The position numbers were made by a program, and so were the translations under genes. Below, in pieces: positions 24,001-30,698 of a stretch of DNA of 47,770 nucleotides. The notes under the pieces are model-generated. The model had not been told where the DNA came from. It did no database searches and saw only the letters and a program-made list of their open reading frames with translations. Every line of letters starts with the position of its first letter. The stretch's first letter is position 1. The stretch comes from a virus. Location of the stretch: the IMG/VR virus record IMGVR_UViG_3300002461_000080, positions 1 through 47,770 of that record; one strand, given 5' to 3'.

Positions 24001-26028
24001 CGCCGGCGCCGCTTCACCCTCAGCCGGTGCGAGCGGGAGCGCCCGAGACTCCGCCGTTGAGGTCGCCCCGCTCCCAGCTCCTACGGGGCCGGCAGCCGCC
24101 TCCGCCGGCGTCCCGCTCGCAGCCCGAGCCTTCGGACGCTCGAGCGCCGGACGGTCGATCGACAGCCCCAGGTCGGCCAGCATCGAGCGCGGGTCCACGC
24201 CGGCGCGCTCGGCCAGGGAACCGAACGTCGACTCGTAGAGGTCCGCGTAGCTCTCCGCCGTGCTGCGCTCGACGCCTGCGCCCTCGAGCTGCGTCAGGAT
24301 GTCGCCCCGGACCTGCTGCGCCGGCGTGAGCGCCGCGTCGACCGTGGCCTGCTCCTGCGCCGCCGCCTCCGCCTCGAGCTGCGCCTTGAACTCGCGCGCT
24401 TCTCGAGCGTTCATCTCGCCCGGCGCCAGCCGCAGCTCCTCAGCGAAGAACCGATTGTGTTCGGTCGCCGCCAGCGTCACGGCGTAGCGCGCCGTCGGAA
24501 TCGCGAGGTCCTCGCCGGTCGCAAGCGCCCGCTCGAGCGCCTCACTCGAGCCGATGACGTCCCGCGCGATCTCGGCCGGGTCGACGCCCTGCGACTGCCA
24601 ATACTGGACCCACGCCTCCGCCGGCGCGTAGATGGTCCCGATCGGGCCGTCCTTCGTCGCGCGCTCGAGGAACGCCTGCGCCGCCTCCGGCGCTCGCTTG
24701 ATGGTTGCGGACGCGGACGCTTGCCCGCCGAGCGCCTTGAAGAACTGCGCCGTCGCCTCGCCCTGCTGGATCTGCCGCTGCGCTCGAGCGGCGCCCATCG
24801 CCGGGCCGGCGCCCGACAGGAGCCCGAACCCCTCGATCGCGCCGATGCCCTCGTTGACGAGGTCCTCCGCGATGTCGCCGCCGGTGCGCGTCGGAATCGA
24901 CTGGTCGGATGCGGCCTTCGCCAGCTCGCCGGCCATGATGGTGATGCCGCGCTGCGCGACCTCGGTCGCCGTCTCGACGGTGAGCGTCGTCCCGTAGGAG
25001 CGGACCGCCTCCGCCAGCGCCGCGCGCACGGTCGGCTGCCGGAGCGCCCGCTTCACTGCCGCTCGAGCGCCGACCGACGTCAGCTTGTCGAGCCCCGGAA
25101 TCGTCTTGGCGATCGCCTCGAACCCGACCGCCTCGAACCCTGCCGCCATCGCGCCGGCCGACAGCGCCGCCACCCGCGCGATCGCCGGGTCGAGCGTCTG
25201 CCCCGTCTCGTCCTTGAACGCCAGGAACTCGTCGAGCGCCAGCCCCGACTCGATTACAAAACCGAACTTCGCCGCCCCGTAGAGCGCGCCGGCCCTCGCG
25301 CCATACGGCGCTGCCGCCAAAGCGCCCGGAATCGCCCCCACGCCGCCCGCCACAGCGCCCACGCCGGCGCCCACGGCTCCCGTAGTGGCGGCGCCGGCGA
25401 CGCCGTAGGCGCCCGCGTAGAGGCTCGCGCCGAACAGGTTCGGGAGCTGCTGCGCGCCGCCGGTGACGGCCTTCTTGAACCAGCTCGAGCCGGTCCCCAG
25501 GGCTCCGCCGTCGACCATGTGGAACCGATACGCCTCGAGCTGGTCCTGCTCGGCCCTGGTCAGCTCCCGGAACAGGCTCTCGTGGCGGAGCTGCGCGAAC
25601 CGGACCTGATTGATGCCCTGCGAGAACGCCCGGCCCGGCGCCGACACCAGCCACTCGAGCGCGCCGAGCTGCTCCATGTCGTCGGCCGCGACCTGCGCGT
25701 TCATTGGGTCGCTTGCCCACTCGGCCAGGGCCGGCGTCTCCGCGAACATCGCCTCGTATGGCGTGCGGCCGTTGTCCGCCTCGAGCTTCACCCGATCGAA
25801 GTTGGCTTCGACGAGACGGGCCGGCAGCCCCGTCTCCTTCGACAGCTTCATCGCTTCGGCCGCGCGCTCCGGCGCCACCTTGTCGCGCTCGAGCATCGCC
25901 GCCCGGAGCCGCTGCTCGCGGCCGTCGTGGAGCCGCGAGACGGCTGCCTCGAACGGGTCCTGCTGCGGCCCCTGCGCCTGCTCGTCGTCGAGCGCGCCGA
26001 GCGCGTCGTCGTAGATGTTGCCGGCCAT
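15097..26028 (-). CDS. Giant polyvalent internal virion / ejection protein in the gp16 position, 3643 aa.
   Basis: A single uninterrupted ORF of 10,932 nt. Motifs seen are FRRWFGNSVVVDGAGNPMTLFHGT, LRKWFGESQIVDEDGEPLVVYHGT and LYHGSPHDFDRF..GWGLYFA (ART-like); PYILEGAHRFDALKLLG (ParB/Srx-like); RQGLGSKVMREL..FYRRFGF (GNAT-like); and FLHESGHLFLE (HExxH). Confidence 0.85.
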   Translation of the reverse strand: MAGNIYDDALGALDDEQAQGPQQDPFEAAVSRLHDGREQRLRAAMLERDKVAPERAAEAMKLSKETGLPARLVEANFDRVKLEADNGRTPYEAMFAETPALAEWASDPMNAQVAADDMEQLGALEWLVSAPGRAFSQGINQVRFAQLRHESLFRELTRAEQDQLEAYRFHMVDGGALGTGSSWFKKAVTGGAQQLPNLFGASLYAGAYGVAGAATTGAVGAGVGAVAGGVGAIPGALAAAPYGARAGALYGAAKFGFVIESGLALDEFLAFKDETGQTLDPAIARVAALSAGAMAAGFEAVGFEAIAKTIPGLDKLTSVGARAAVKRALRQPTVRAALAEAVRSYGTTLTVETATEVAQRGITIMAGELAKAASDQSIPTRTGGDIAEDLVNEGIGAIEGFGLLSGAGPAMGAARAQRQIQQGEATAQFFKALGGQASASATIKRAPEAAQAFLERATKDGPIGTIYAPAEAWVQYWQSQGVDPAEIARDVIGSSEALERALATGEDLAIPTARYAVTLAATEHNRFFAEELRLAPGEMNAREAREFKAQLEAEAAAQEQATVDAALTPAQQVRGDILTQLEGAGVERSTAESYADLYESTFGSLAERAGVDPRSMLADLGLSIDRPALERPKARAASGTPAEAAAGPVGAGSGATSTAESRALPLAPAEGEAAPAFGDEVPGMAALEAASAGATIEPVLGEGDQGPGLEVNASGESGASFEAMSRLEGMKARGEAFGYFDRAGRFTPVIGADAVDYQPRKGQTFGIAGPDGFRVLTDNGGRVVDRNLPAREDGGTDAGGSREAQAARAGRDAGEAGAPPRGEGGGADGDVLAAGPLEPYANAERLGLYADALDAARSLDPALDERKFRAEFDYRLDIFDDIKGIQNEESPVQLLKAIAAKGGIYESERGQAGEMARLREGTIFGKVGGVPGVLVVKPRKLVNVRKKIDGKWEIRQEQRGGLGLDVMLQDLQAEGRWPWLQDIEDLVAFLDDVRLNGIPEGLGAVPDASDLKGLGIDFSRDWWNDVDRQAVDLLDVDDMERDILEPDGPVDTSFNVADFAQSLFDQLEEPGAAEQLTTKADLLDTGEAQPRLPGDVGDVREEERPTPKMSDVEDEFRLTSEVEQRKGFQTTLFQPWNPIDSPAFRRWFGNSVVVDGAGNPMTLFHGTAVEFDAFDPTLPIYLTNLSDVALEFGAERAPKATKAQDVPDPYDGVIVLPLYARIENPVEIDNFDDWIGWGPKDIARYEAMGYDGAVFRDAEDGEVQYIAFRPTQVKHANNNSGAFDRDDAVIYNQPDVTPAPTAFDAEYPVADDVVDGRVVQAEVPNTSSIAASLEDYEVLAGIRDVPMSLFSENAPSFYSTSEEQRTRALAEAIRENNVLNPLIVVVDKQGPYILEGAHRFDALKLLGAKRFPALVVIDRESLPAEETADPQQTADAFADTVKRAAGDELVSFELRVDPLRENVVKLETILIRRGAARQGLGSKVMRELTRWADRSGIRLELSPAEKGWPYTPNTERTSSASRLRTFYRRFGFVDNRGRAKDFTTREGMYREPTVYADGPSQPRSVGPSREQLRAFRAGVREFDQPLYHGSPHDFDRFSVEHIGTGEGAAAYGWGLYFAEDPAIAGHYFDTLSGEPQMVEMRLGSMRLNDKNGFDYSRRASESDIENVRASLAENLLANPLELLGRGEDGFQAYVLEWLDQHAKDLAIEEWTEGIEATKRLRDELAKPGAASVRWDPVKGGVYQIEIDDAQVAKMLDWDAPIDKQPKPVQDLVREGLKRRGYLGPKDNGPRQLKSAFKAYTLERGSMSQPANGEMAYRIIQADEEERIRKPLRERAEELRAKHPAQPTGGGIASGSSEERVRAQFGADYDEFVQLAVLEERAAEDAARLASLKLLAAGVPGLKYEDANSRDQGKRKKLRNMVVFDDSIVQLTHKNGKPVTGKERRDFVQAVTEQSNEAHGSTAREQNLRKWFGESQIVDEDGEPLVVYHGTTGDFDTFDPTRANVESDLGAGIYFSNNPRDVGANYATEAGPDLASKLSREVERIESALEMDDEDIIEQLDAIVAERPEEIARAKQDLTRQDRTLAPDDRFAAVRLLALDRLGVKHGGMTMPVYLKMERPARLGGRNESLLDYTRVYDEPITSFEPADVEELRAEGMDDEQIVQELSDREGYDPTEGGGVLEFLEALQAEVDLANDVEFSDLGDVVDRIMERARDYDGIPLRGAIEILLTSEQLGYATDDQGNLIRGEIIRRTIERLGYDGIVDTTVDTKFGSQKKMGTPMAGMDADTVHYIVFKPEQVKSAVGNVGTFDPNDPRILYQTEERGRRGAIRFGPGRQVSISLFERADLTTFLHESGHLFLELMGDLVDKVKASDPATRTAQQQALIADYATLLEWFEVDSRAGIGVDQHEKFAAAFEAYLGEGKAPSLRLQSAFSRFRAWILGVYRSLSRLGVQFTPEVRAVVDRMVAGDVAIAQANDLRNAPPMFTTAESAGMTPEEFALYEGTIQAANRTAREQLDRRLMAEVQREQTKQWKARRNEIEAEVAAEVYAEPVYRALAAMQRGTLPDGSPMVEGLETEPLRLSRAILVARYGLDYLKRLPRPYIYAADGGLDPEFVASMFGYDSGDALLQAVTEAAPAREVIRARTEQRMLAEHGSLLLDGTLQNAAQAAISNEDRDVIVRAELRALAKLRATVRPFEQAAGRQLAAERRERDYERRFLEAETKLRVAIAEGAKQLEIDQLQAELSELRRKARGGARVINAALPRHEDVVAAAKARIASMKIRQVKPDVFWHASRRAAQQALERAARTDYDGAIESKRKELLNLALYREAQRVLEDVEARVKFARGLARPTTRSSIGLAGHNYLDQIDGILDRFEFARVSQQALDRRASLVKFIEGLESQGLPTDMPEELLNEALRTNYQNLTVEQLVGVTDGLKALVHLARLKNRLLKAAAQRELDATADEIATAIRANFKGKPASAGEMDRRPSTERMRGVQDFIASHRKIASLVREMDGFEDGGAMWEAVVRPLNEAGAREAEMNAQAAAKFQALVDAAFPTARDKRALYTKELAPSVGRSLSKMERIGIALNWGNEGNRDRIRRSERWTDEQVAGILATLSESDWQFVQGVLDMINGYWSDIAAKQERVYGIAPEKVEAATIRTPFGEFAGGYFPLKYDERRSAKAGAFVDVEEAGLARAAAYAQSTTKRGHTKARVDGVKLPVRRDFGVMFEHVRQVIHDLSHHETLIDVGRVLGHPAVQAAIYETHGDVVYKQLKNGVRDIAIGDVPATGAFERAINHLRQGATIAGLGWNITTALLQPIGLTQSMVRIGPKWVARGMARWLRDAATMENTAAWVRERSTFMRERGRTQQREINEIRNAVGVNTGTFSGWIDDVLKGVSGGKATRQGVADSYFFLIQQAQLIADLPTWLGQYEKALESGVDEAAAIAQADQAVLDSQGGGQVKDLAGIQRGGPLLRLWTNFYSFFNVTYNLAAESTRRTNFRKPGDIGRLMVDYLLLYTVPALMGLALREAIKPGSDEDDEDLAVRLAREQAAYILGTMVITREIAGVVGNGYGYEGPAGARAFSSASRLVQQVEQGEPDAAFWRSLNDTAGAVFHYPAGQVKRTIEGFAALVEGKTSNPMALISGAPK
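23649..23682 (-). promoter_or_regulatory. Intragenic copy of the GTTGTTGACAGAAACC motif, followed by the perfect palindrome TCCCGCGCGGGA.
   Basis: The 12-mer is at 23667..23678 in minus orientation and encodes VVDRNL of the giant protein. The 12-bp palindrome is at 23654..23665. Confidence 0.4.
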
Positions 26029-26037
26029 GAGCCCCCG

Positions 26038-27828
26038 CTACTGACGGAACCGCGCTTCGATGAACGTCTCGAGCACCGTGGCGTCGTTGACTGGAATCCG
26101 TCGCGACCTGAGAAGCTGCTCGATGCGCGTGCGGTCCGTCGACGGCACGTCCTCGATCGTCAGCTCGAACGGCCGCGCCTGCCGCTCCGTGTCGAAGAAC
26201 GGCGCCGACGAGAACAGCCCGCCCCAGGTCCCTTCGCGCCGCACCGTGATCTGCGACGACAGGATGCCGTCGAGCATCTCACGAACCTCGTCGTTCGTCG
26301 CCGTCTTGCCCGTCTCGCCGCCGCTCAGCGCCCGCACGCGCCGGTCGAGCATGCCCCGGAGCTGCGCGACCGCCTTCGCCTCCGGCGTGCCCTCCTTCGG
26401 GTTCGGGTCGAGCCCGTAAGCGACGAGCCGGTCGTTGAATACCTGCGTCTTGGACTGGAACTCGTCGACGATGAGCTTCGTCCGTGACTTCTCGGCGTCG
26501 GCCGCTGCGCCGATCGCGTGCTCGCGGAGCGACCGCTGGAGGTTCGCCATCTGCTGAAAGTCCGACTCGCTCAGCTTGCCCTTGTAGCGGAGCAGGTTCT
26601 CGGTCAGGAATCCCTTGTTGGTCGACACCGCCCGGTTCATCAGCGCGTAGTAAGTCTCGAGGTCCGTTTCGACCGGCTCACCCTTCGCGATGTTCCGCGC
26701 GTAGCTGCGGATGCCGGCGAGGTCCTTCGAGTCGAGCGACGCCCACACCGCCGGGTCGATCGCGTTGACGTCGCCGCCGCTCTGCTCGACGACGGCGTAG
26801 ACGCCCCGGAGCGTCGTCTCCTGCCGCTCGCGCTCCTCACGCTCGCGCACCAGCGCCTCGTGCTCGAGCCGCTGCGTCACGCTGTCCCGGACGTCCGGGT
26901 CCTCGATCGCCTTCGCCTTGTTGCGCTGCTCGGTGAGCGTCCCACCCTCCGCGACGATCTTGTCGACGAGCGTCTGCGACTGCTTGCGGATGGTCCCCTC
27001 GCGGAGCGCCTTCTCGACGCGCGTGATCGATTCGCCGTTGATCTGCTCTTTCGCCTCCTCGAAGTAGGCCCGCGCCGCGCCCGGCTGCCCCTGCGAGATG
27101 AGCGACTCGATGACGCCGATATGGCCCTTCGTGCGGACGGCGTCGACCTGCGCCTCGATCTGCTCCGGCCCGAGGCCGAGACGCGGCCCGCTCCGCTGCA
27201 CGGCGTCGACGGCCTTCGCCAGCTCGAACCCCGCGCGTCGCGGGTCGGTGGCATTCGCCGCCATGTCGCTCAGGCTGTTGTCGACGAACGCTTTCAGCTC
27301 GCCCGCCTCATACGCCTGCATCTCGCCCAGGACGTGACGGCGGAGCGTCAGGTCGATCTGCGCTGAGCGGTTGCCCTTCACCCGCTGGAACGCGCGCCGC
27401 TGCCGCTCGGTCCCGAGCCCGCTCTCGATCTCGCCGGCGACCTTCTCGAACTCGCCGGCGACCGACTCCGGCAGCCCGAACGAGTCGCGGCCCTTCGCCG
27501 CCAGCGCGCCGCCCTGCGGGTCGTAGAGCCGCTTGCGCTCCCACGCGCTGAGCTTGTTGTCGGCGTCCATCAGCGCGACCTCGTCGGCCCGCTGCTGCTC
27601 CGCCATCGCGATCTGCCCCAGGACGGCGCCGGCTCGAGCGACGGTGTCCCCGAACCCGGCGATCGCGTTGCCCGTGACCTGCGCGTTCCGGCCGCGCGTG
27701 AGCGCCAGCCCCGCCTCCGCCTCGAACACGCCGGCGCCACGGCTCGCGGCCGTCTCTGCGGCCGTCCGGCGGACGCCAGGGAGCGCCGTCGGTGCGACCT
27801 GCCTCGTGAGCGTAGGAACTCTCGGCAT
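26038..27828 (-). CDS. Internal virion / ejection protein in the gp15 position.
   Basis: 596 aa and largely helical. It lies between the gp14-position and gp16-position genes. The call rests on synteny only. Confidence 0.5.
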   Translation of the reverse strand: MPRVPTLTRQVAPTALPGVRRTAAETAASRGAGVFEAEAGLALTRGRNAQVTGNAIAGFGDTVARAGAVLGQIAMAEQQRADEVALMDADNKLSAWERKRLYDPQGGALAAKGRDSFGLPESVAGEFEKVAGEIESGLGTERQRRAFQRVKGNRSAQIDLTLRRHVLGEMQAYEAGELKAFVDNSLSDMAANATDPRRAGFELAKAVDAVQRSGPRLGLGPEQIEAQVDAVRTKGHIGVIESLISQGQPGAARAYFEEAKEQINGESITRVEKALREGTIRKQSQTLVDKIVAEGGTLTEQRNKAKAIEDPDVRDSVTQRLEHEALVREREERERQETTLRGVYAVVEQSGGDVNAIDPAVWASLDSKDLAGIRSYARNIAKGEPVETDLETYYALMNRAVSTNKGFLTENLLRYKGKLSESDFQQMANLQRSLREHAIGAAADAEKSRTKLIVDEFQSKTQVFNDRLVAYGLDPNPKEGTPEAKAVAQLRGMLDRRVRALSGGETGKTATNDEVREMLDGILSSQITVRREGTWGGLFSSAPFFDTERQARPFELTIEDVPSTDRTRIEQLLRSRRIPVNDATVLETFIEARFRQ

Positions 27829-27832
27829 CGCG

Positions 27833-28456
27833 CTACCTGTTCCGGAATCCGTAGGACATCTGGAGCAGCGACGTCGTGCCGCCGATCAACGTGCCCGCCA
27901 TGCCGAAGTAGTTGGCAGTCGCCGCCGCGCGTCCCGACTCGCGCGTGCCCTGAGCCCCGAGCCGCGCCGCCGCCTCCGCGTTGAGCCCTTCCTTCCGCAT
28001 GATCTCGCCGCGCTTGCGGTAGTCCTCCGCCTGCACCTTGTAGCCCCACGCCTCGCGGCCGGCGTTCGTGCGGATCTGGAGCGCGTCCATCTCGCCCAGG
28101 AACGCGGCGTCGGCTTGGACGTCGACGGCGCTGCCGTAGCTGACGTCGATGTTGCCGCCCGCGAACCCGGCGCGCTGCTCTCCGATCGTCTTGCGGACCT
28201 GCGTGCGGAACCGGCTCTCTGCCTCCGCGCCGCGATCGACGGCGTCGGTCGATTGCAGCTCCGCAACCTGCGCGTTGTAGTCCGCCAGCTCCGCCTGTGA
28301 TTCGGATGCTTCACGCGCGGCCGTGCCCGCCTTCTCCTGAGCAGCCGCCGCCAAGTTGCCAGCCTTCTTCTGCTGCTTGGCGGCGCGATACTGCCCGTAG
28401 GCCGTGACAGCCGTGCCGAGCGCCGAGATGCCGAGTGCCCACCCTGCCAGACCCAT
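27833..28456 (-). CDS. Internal virion / ejection protein in the gp14 position, with an N-terminal membrane anchor.
   Basis: 207 aa. The N-terminus is MGLAGWALGISALGTAVTAYGQY, followed by an Ala/Gln/Glu-rich helical region. It directly follows the nozzle gene, as in T7. Confidence 0.5.
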   Translation of the reverse strand: MGLAGWALGISALGTAVTAYGQYRAAKQQKKAGNLAAAAQEKAGTAAREASESQAELADYNAQVAELQSTDAVDRGAEAESRFRTQVRKTIGEQRAGFAGGNIDVSYGSAVDVQADAAFLGEMDALQIRTNAGREAWGYKVQAEDYRKRGEIMRKEGLNAEAAARLGAQGTRESGRAAATANYFGMAGTLIGGTTSLLQMSYGFRNR

Positions 28457-28460
28457 CGAT

Positions 28461-30698
28461 CTAGCCCCCCATCGTCACGTTCGGGATGATCCCGAGCACA
28501 GTGATCGGAATCGGGTCGCGGACCTGTAGGAACACGCGACCGACGTCATTGTATTCGGTCGTCACGTTCTGCTCGAGCCCGCCCCGGCTGAGCACGCTGT
28601 TCGACTCCCACGGGTTCGGCTTGTAAGGCATGACCTTCACCGAGTCCGGCCCCACGTAGAACAGCTTGGTCGTGTTGTCGACGTGAACCGTGACGCTCTG
28701 AACCTTCTTCTTCTTGTCGCGGATGCCGCTGCCGGCGACGTCAAGGTCGAGCGTTTCCAGCTCCGGGTGCATGATCGGGAGCCCGATGTGGACCGTCGCG
28801 TAGCCGGCCACACCGCCGCCCGGCGCCGGCACCGTCACCGTGCCGCCGGCGCTCACCACGAGCGAGGCCGCGTCCCATCCGTTTGACTTCACCACGCCAT
28901 CAGCCAGGACCGCGACCTTCTGCCCCGCGATGTGACCGAGCCCGGAGAACACGGTCGCCAGCGGCCCGCTGTAGCTCAGGCCGGAGTCGACGAAGAACGA
29001 ATCGGCGTTGTAGTTGAGAATCTCTCGGCTCTCGAGCTTCTCGATGTAGCGCACGACGGTCGTGCCGAACGTCCGCTTGACGATGGTGTAGACGACGTCC
29101 TCGCCCGCCTCCGGGACCACACACACGTCCTCGAACTGCCCGAACACGGTGTCGTGCCGATGCCAGCCCCAGACGTCTTGTTCGCGGAGGTAGGTGAGGC
29201 CGAGCAGCGTGCCGTCGCTGCGGACCGCCCACACCGTCGAGTGCGGCGTCTGCTGGTAGTCGAGCCCGATGATGCTGTAGCCGTCGAACAGGTGCGACGC
29301 GAAGATCGTCAGGTCGCGGCCGGCCAGCCCTTCGACCTCCTGCTCGAACCGCACGTCGCGCACGATCGAGCCCTGCTCCTGCACGTAGAGGATCGCGTTC
29401 CCGATGATGACCGGAAGCAGGTTCTTCGCCACGCCGGCGTAGGTTTCCTGATCGGCCGCGAGGTTCGACGGCGCCAGCGGCACGAGCGGCTGTCCGACCA
29501 CCCATATCCCGGCGTCCGTGCCCACCACGAGCCGCTTGAGCCCCACCAGCCAGCGGACCGGGTTGTGCTGCGCGCCGGCGATCTTGAACGTGATCGCGTC
29601 GTCGTCCTGCAACGGGCTCGAGACGTTGAAATTGTTGATGAACCCCACCCTCGAGCCGAACACGGCGTCGGAGTCTCCGGGGATGTTCGCGAAGAACCGG
29701 CGCTGCTGGTAGTTGCCGACAGCGCGCGGGAAGTTTGGCGTCAGGAACGGCTCACGCACCAGCGGCGGCGTGACCGCGAAATCGGGAGTGAACCCCACGT
29801 CGTTGAACACAGCCGGAGTGCCCGCGACCGGGTCGTCACAGGTCGCCGTGCCGATGAATCCGAAAGTGCCGTTTTCGTAGGGGTCGCAGTAGATGTAATA
29901 CTCCGCCGCGCCCGGCCGTGGCGTCCACGACAGCCCAATCGGCGCGGCCTGCGTCGGCGCGGCCGTCGACGGCACCGAGGCCGTGCCGCTCGGCAGCGAC
30001 TCCTCGTAAGAGTCGGCGGCGCCGGCCGTGACCTTGTAGGCATACGTGAGCCCGCCAGGAGCGCCGGCGGCGCCGACGATGCCGGTCGGCGCCAGGATGC
30101 CCGGCTTCGTGCTCACCGGCCGCAGCACCCACGAGGTCAGGCTCGAGAAAATCAGCTCGTGCGGGTCGGTGCCTCCCGTCTTGCTGACCATCGAGATCAC
30201 GTTCCCGGACTGCGAGCCGTGCCAGCCGTTCGTGAATGGATGCGGCAGCTCGAGCAGGTTGCCCGGCATCGCATACCAGAAGGTCGCATTGGGCGGCGCG
30301 TTCCCGAGTGTGTCCGCGATGCAGTAGTAGTTGACGCCACCGCTCGAGACGAGGTCCCCGACGACGTATTGCGTCGCGCCGCTGTAGGCCGGGACGCTCG
30401 ACACCGTGACGGCGCCGCCGTTCTTGAAGAACCGGAGGTAGTTGGTCCCCGACTCGATGAGCAGCGACTCGCCGGCCGTCTCTGATGCGTAGCGATGCAG
30501 CTCCACCGCCGGGTTCGTCGTCTTGCATGCGGCGACGAACCGCGTGCCCGGCCGGTTCGACACTCCGCCAGACCGCAGGATGATGAAATTGCGGCAGGTC
30601 CGGAGCCCGGTCAGATACTTCGTCAGGTCGGCGCGCGTCGCGAGCTGCGGCGCCAGCTCCCCGCCCGCGAACGTGCGCTGAAAGGTCGGCTCAGCCAT
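28461..30698 (-). CDS. Tail nozzle protein, T7 gp12-like (tail tubular protein B).
   Basis: 745 aa. The N-terminus is TFAGGELAPQLATRADL..G..TCRNF......G..NRPGT. Size and position match T7 (after the gp11-like domain and before the internal proteins). Confidence 0.65.
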   Translation of the reverse strand: MAEPTFQRTFAGGELAPQLATRADLTKYLTGLRTCRNFIILRSGGVSNRPGTRFVAACKTTNPAVELHRYASETAGESLLIESGTNYLRFFKNGGAVTVSSVPAYSGATQYVVGDLVSSGGVNYYCIADTLGNAPPNATFWYAMPGNLLELPHPFTNGWHGSQSGNVISMVSKTGGTDPHELIFSSLTSWVLRPVSTKPGILAPTGIVGAAGAPGGLTYAYKVTAGAADSYEESLPSGTASVPSTAAPTQAAPIGLSWTPRPGAAEYYIYCDPYENGTFGFIGTATCDDPVAGTPAVFNDVGFTPDFAVTPPLVREPFLTPNFPRAVGNYQQRRFFANIPGDSDAVFGSRVGFINNFNVSSPLQDDDAITFKIAGAQHNPVRWLVGLKRLVVGTDAGIWVVGQPLVPLAPSNLAADQETYAGVAKNLLPVIIGNAILYVQEQGSIVRDVRFEQEVEGLAGRDLTIFASHLFDGYSIIGLDYQQTPHSTVWAVRSDGTLLGLTYLREQDVWGWHRHDTVFGQFEDVCVVPEAGEDVVYTIVKRTFGTTVVRYIEKLESREILNYNADSFFVDSGLSYSGPLATVFSGLGHIAGQKVAVLADGVVKSNGWDAASLVVSAGGTVTVPAPGGGVAGYATVHIGLPIMHPELETLDLDVAGSGIRDKKKKVQSVTVHVDNTTKLFYVGPDSVKVMPYKPNPWESNSVLSRGGLEQNVTTEYNDVGRVFLQVRDPIPITVLGIIPNVTMGG

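Noticed and set aside
15097-26028. The giant ORF as an N4-like virion-encapsidated RNA polymerase of similar size (about 3500 aa).
   Set aside because: No polymerase-type motifs were recognised. The domains that can be read (ART-like, ParB-like, GNAT-like, HExxH) fit a polyvalent effector protein instead. HMM searches should still exclude this formally.
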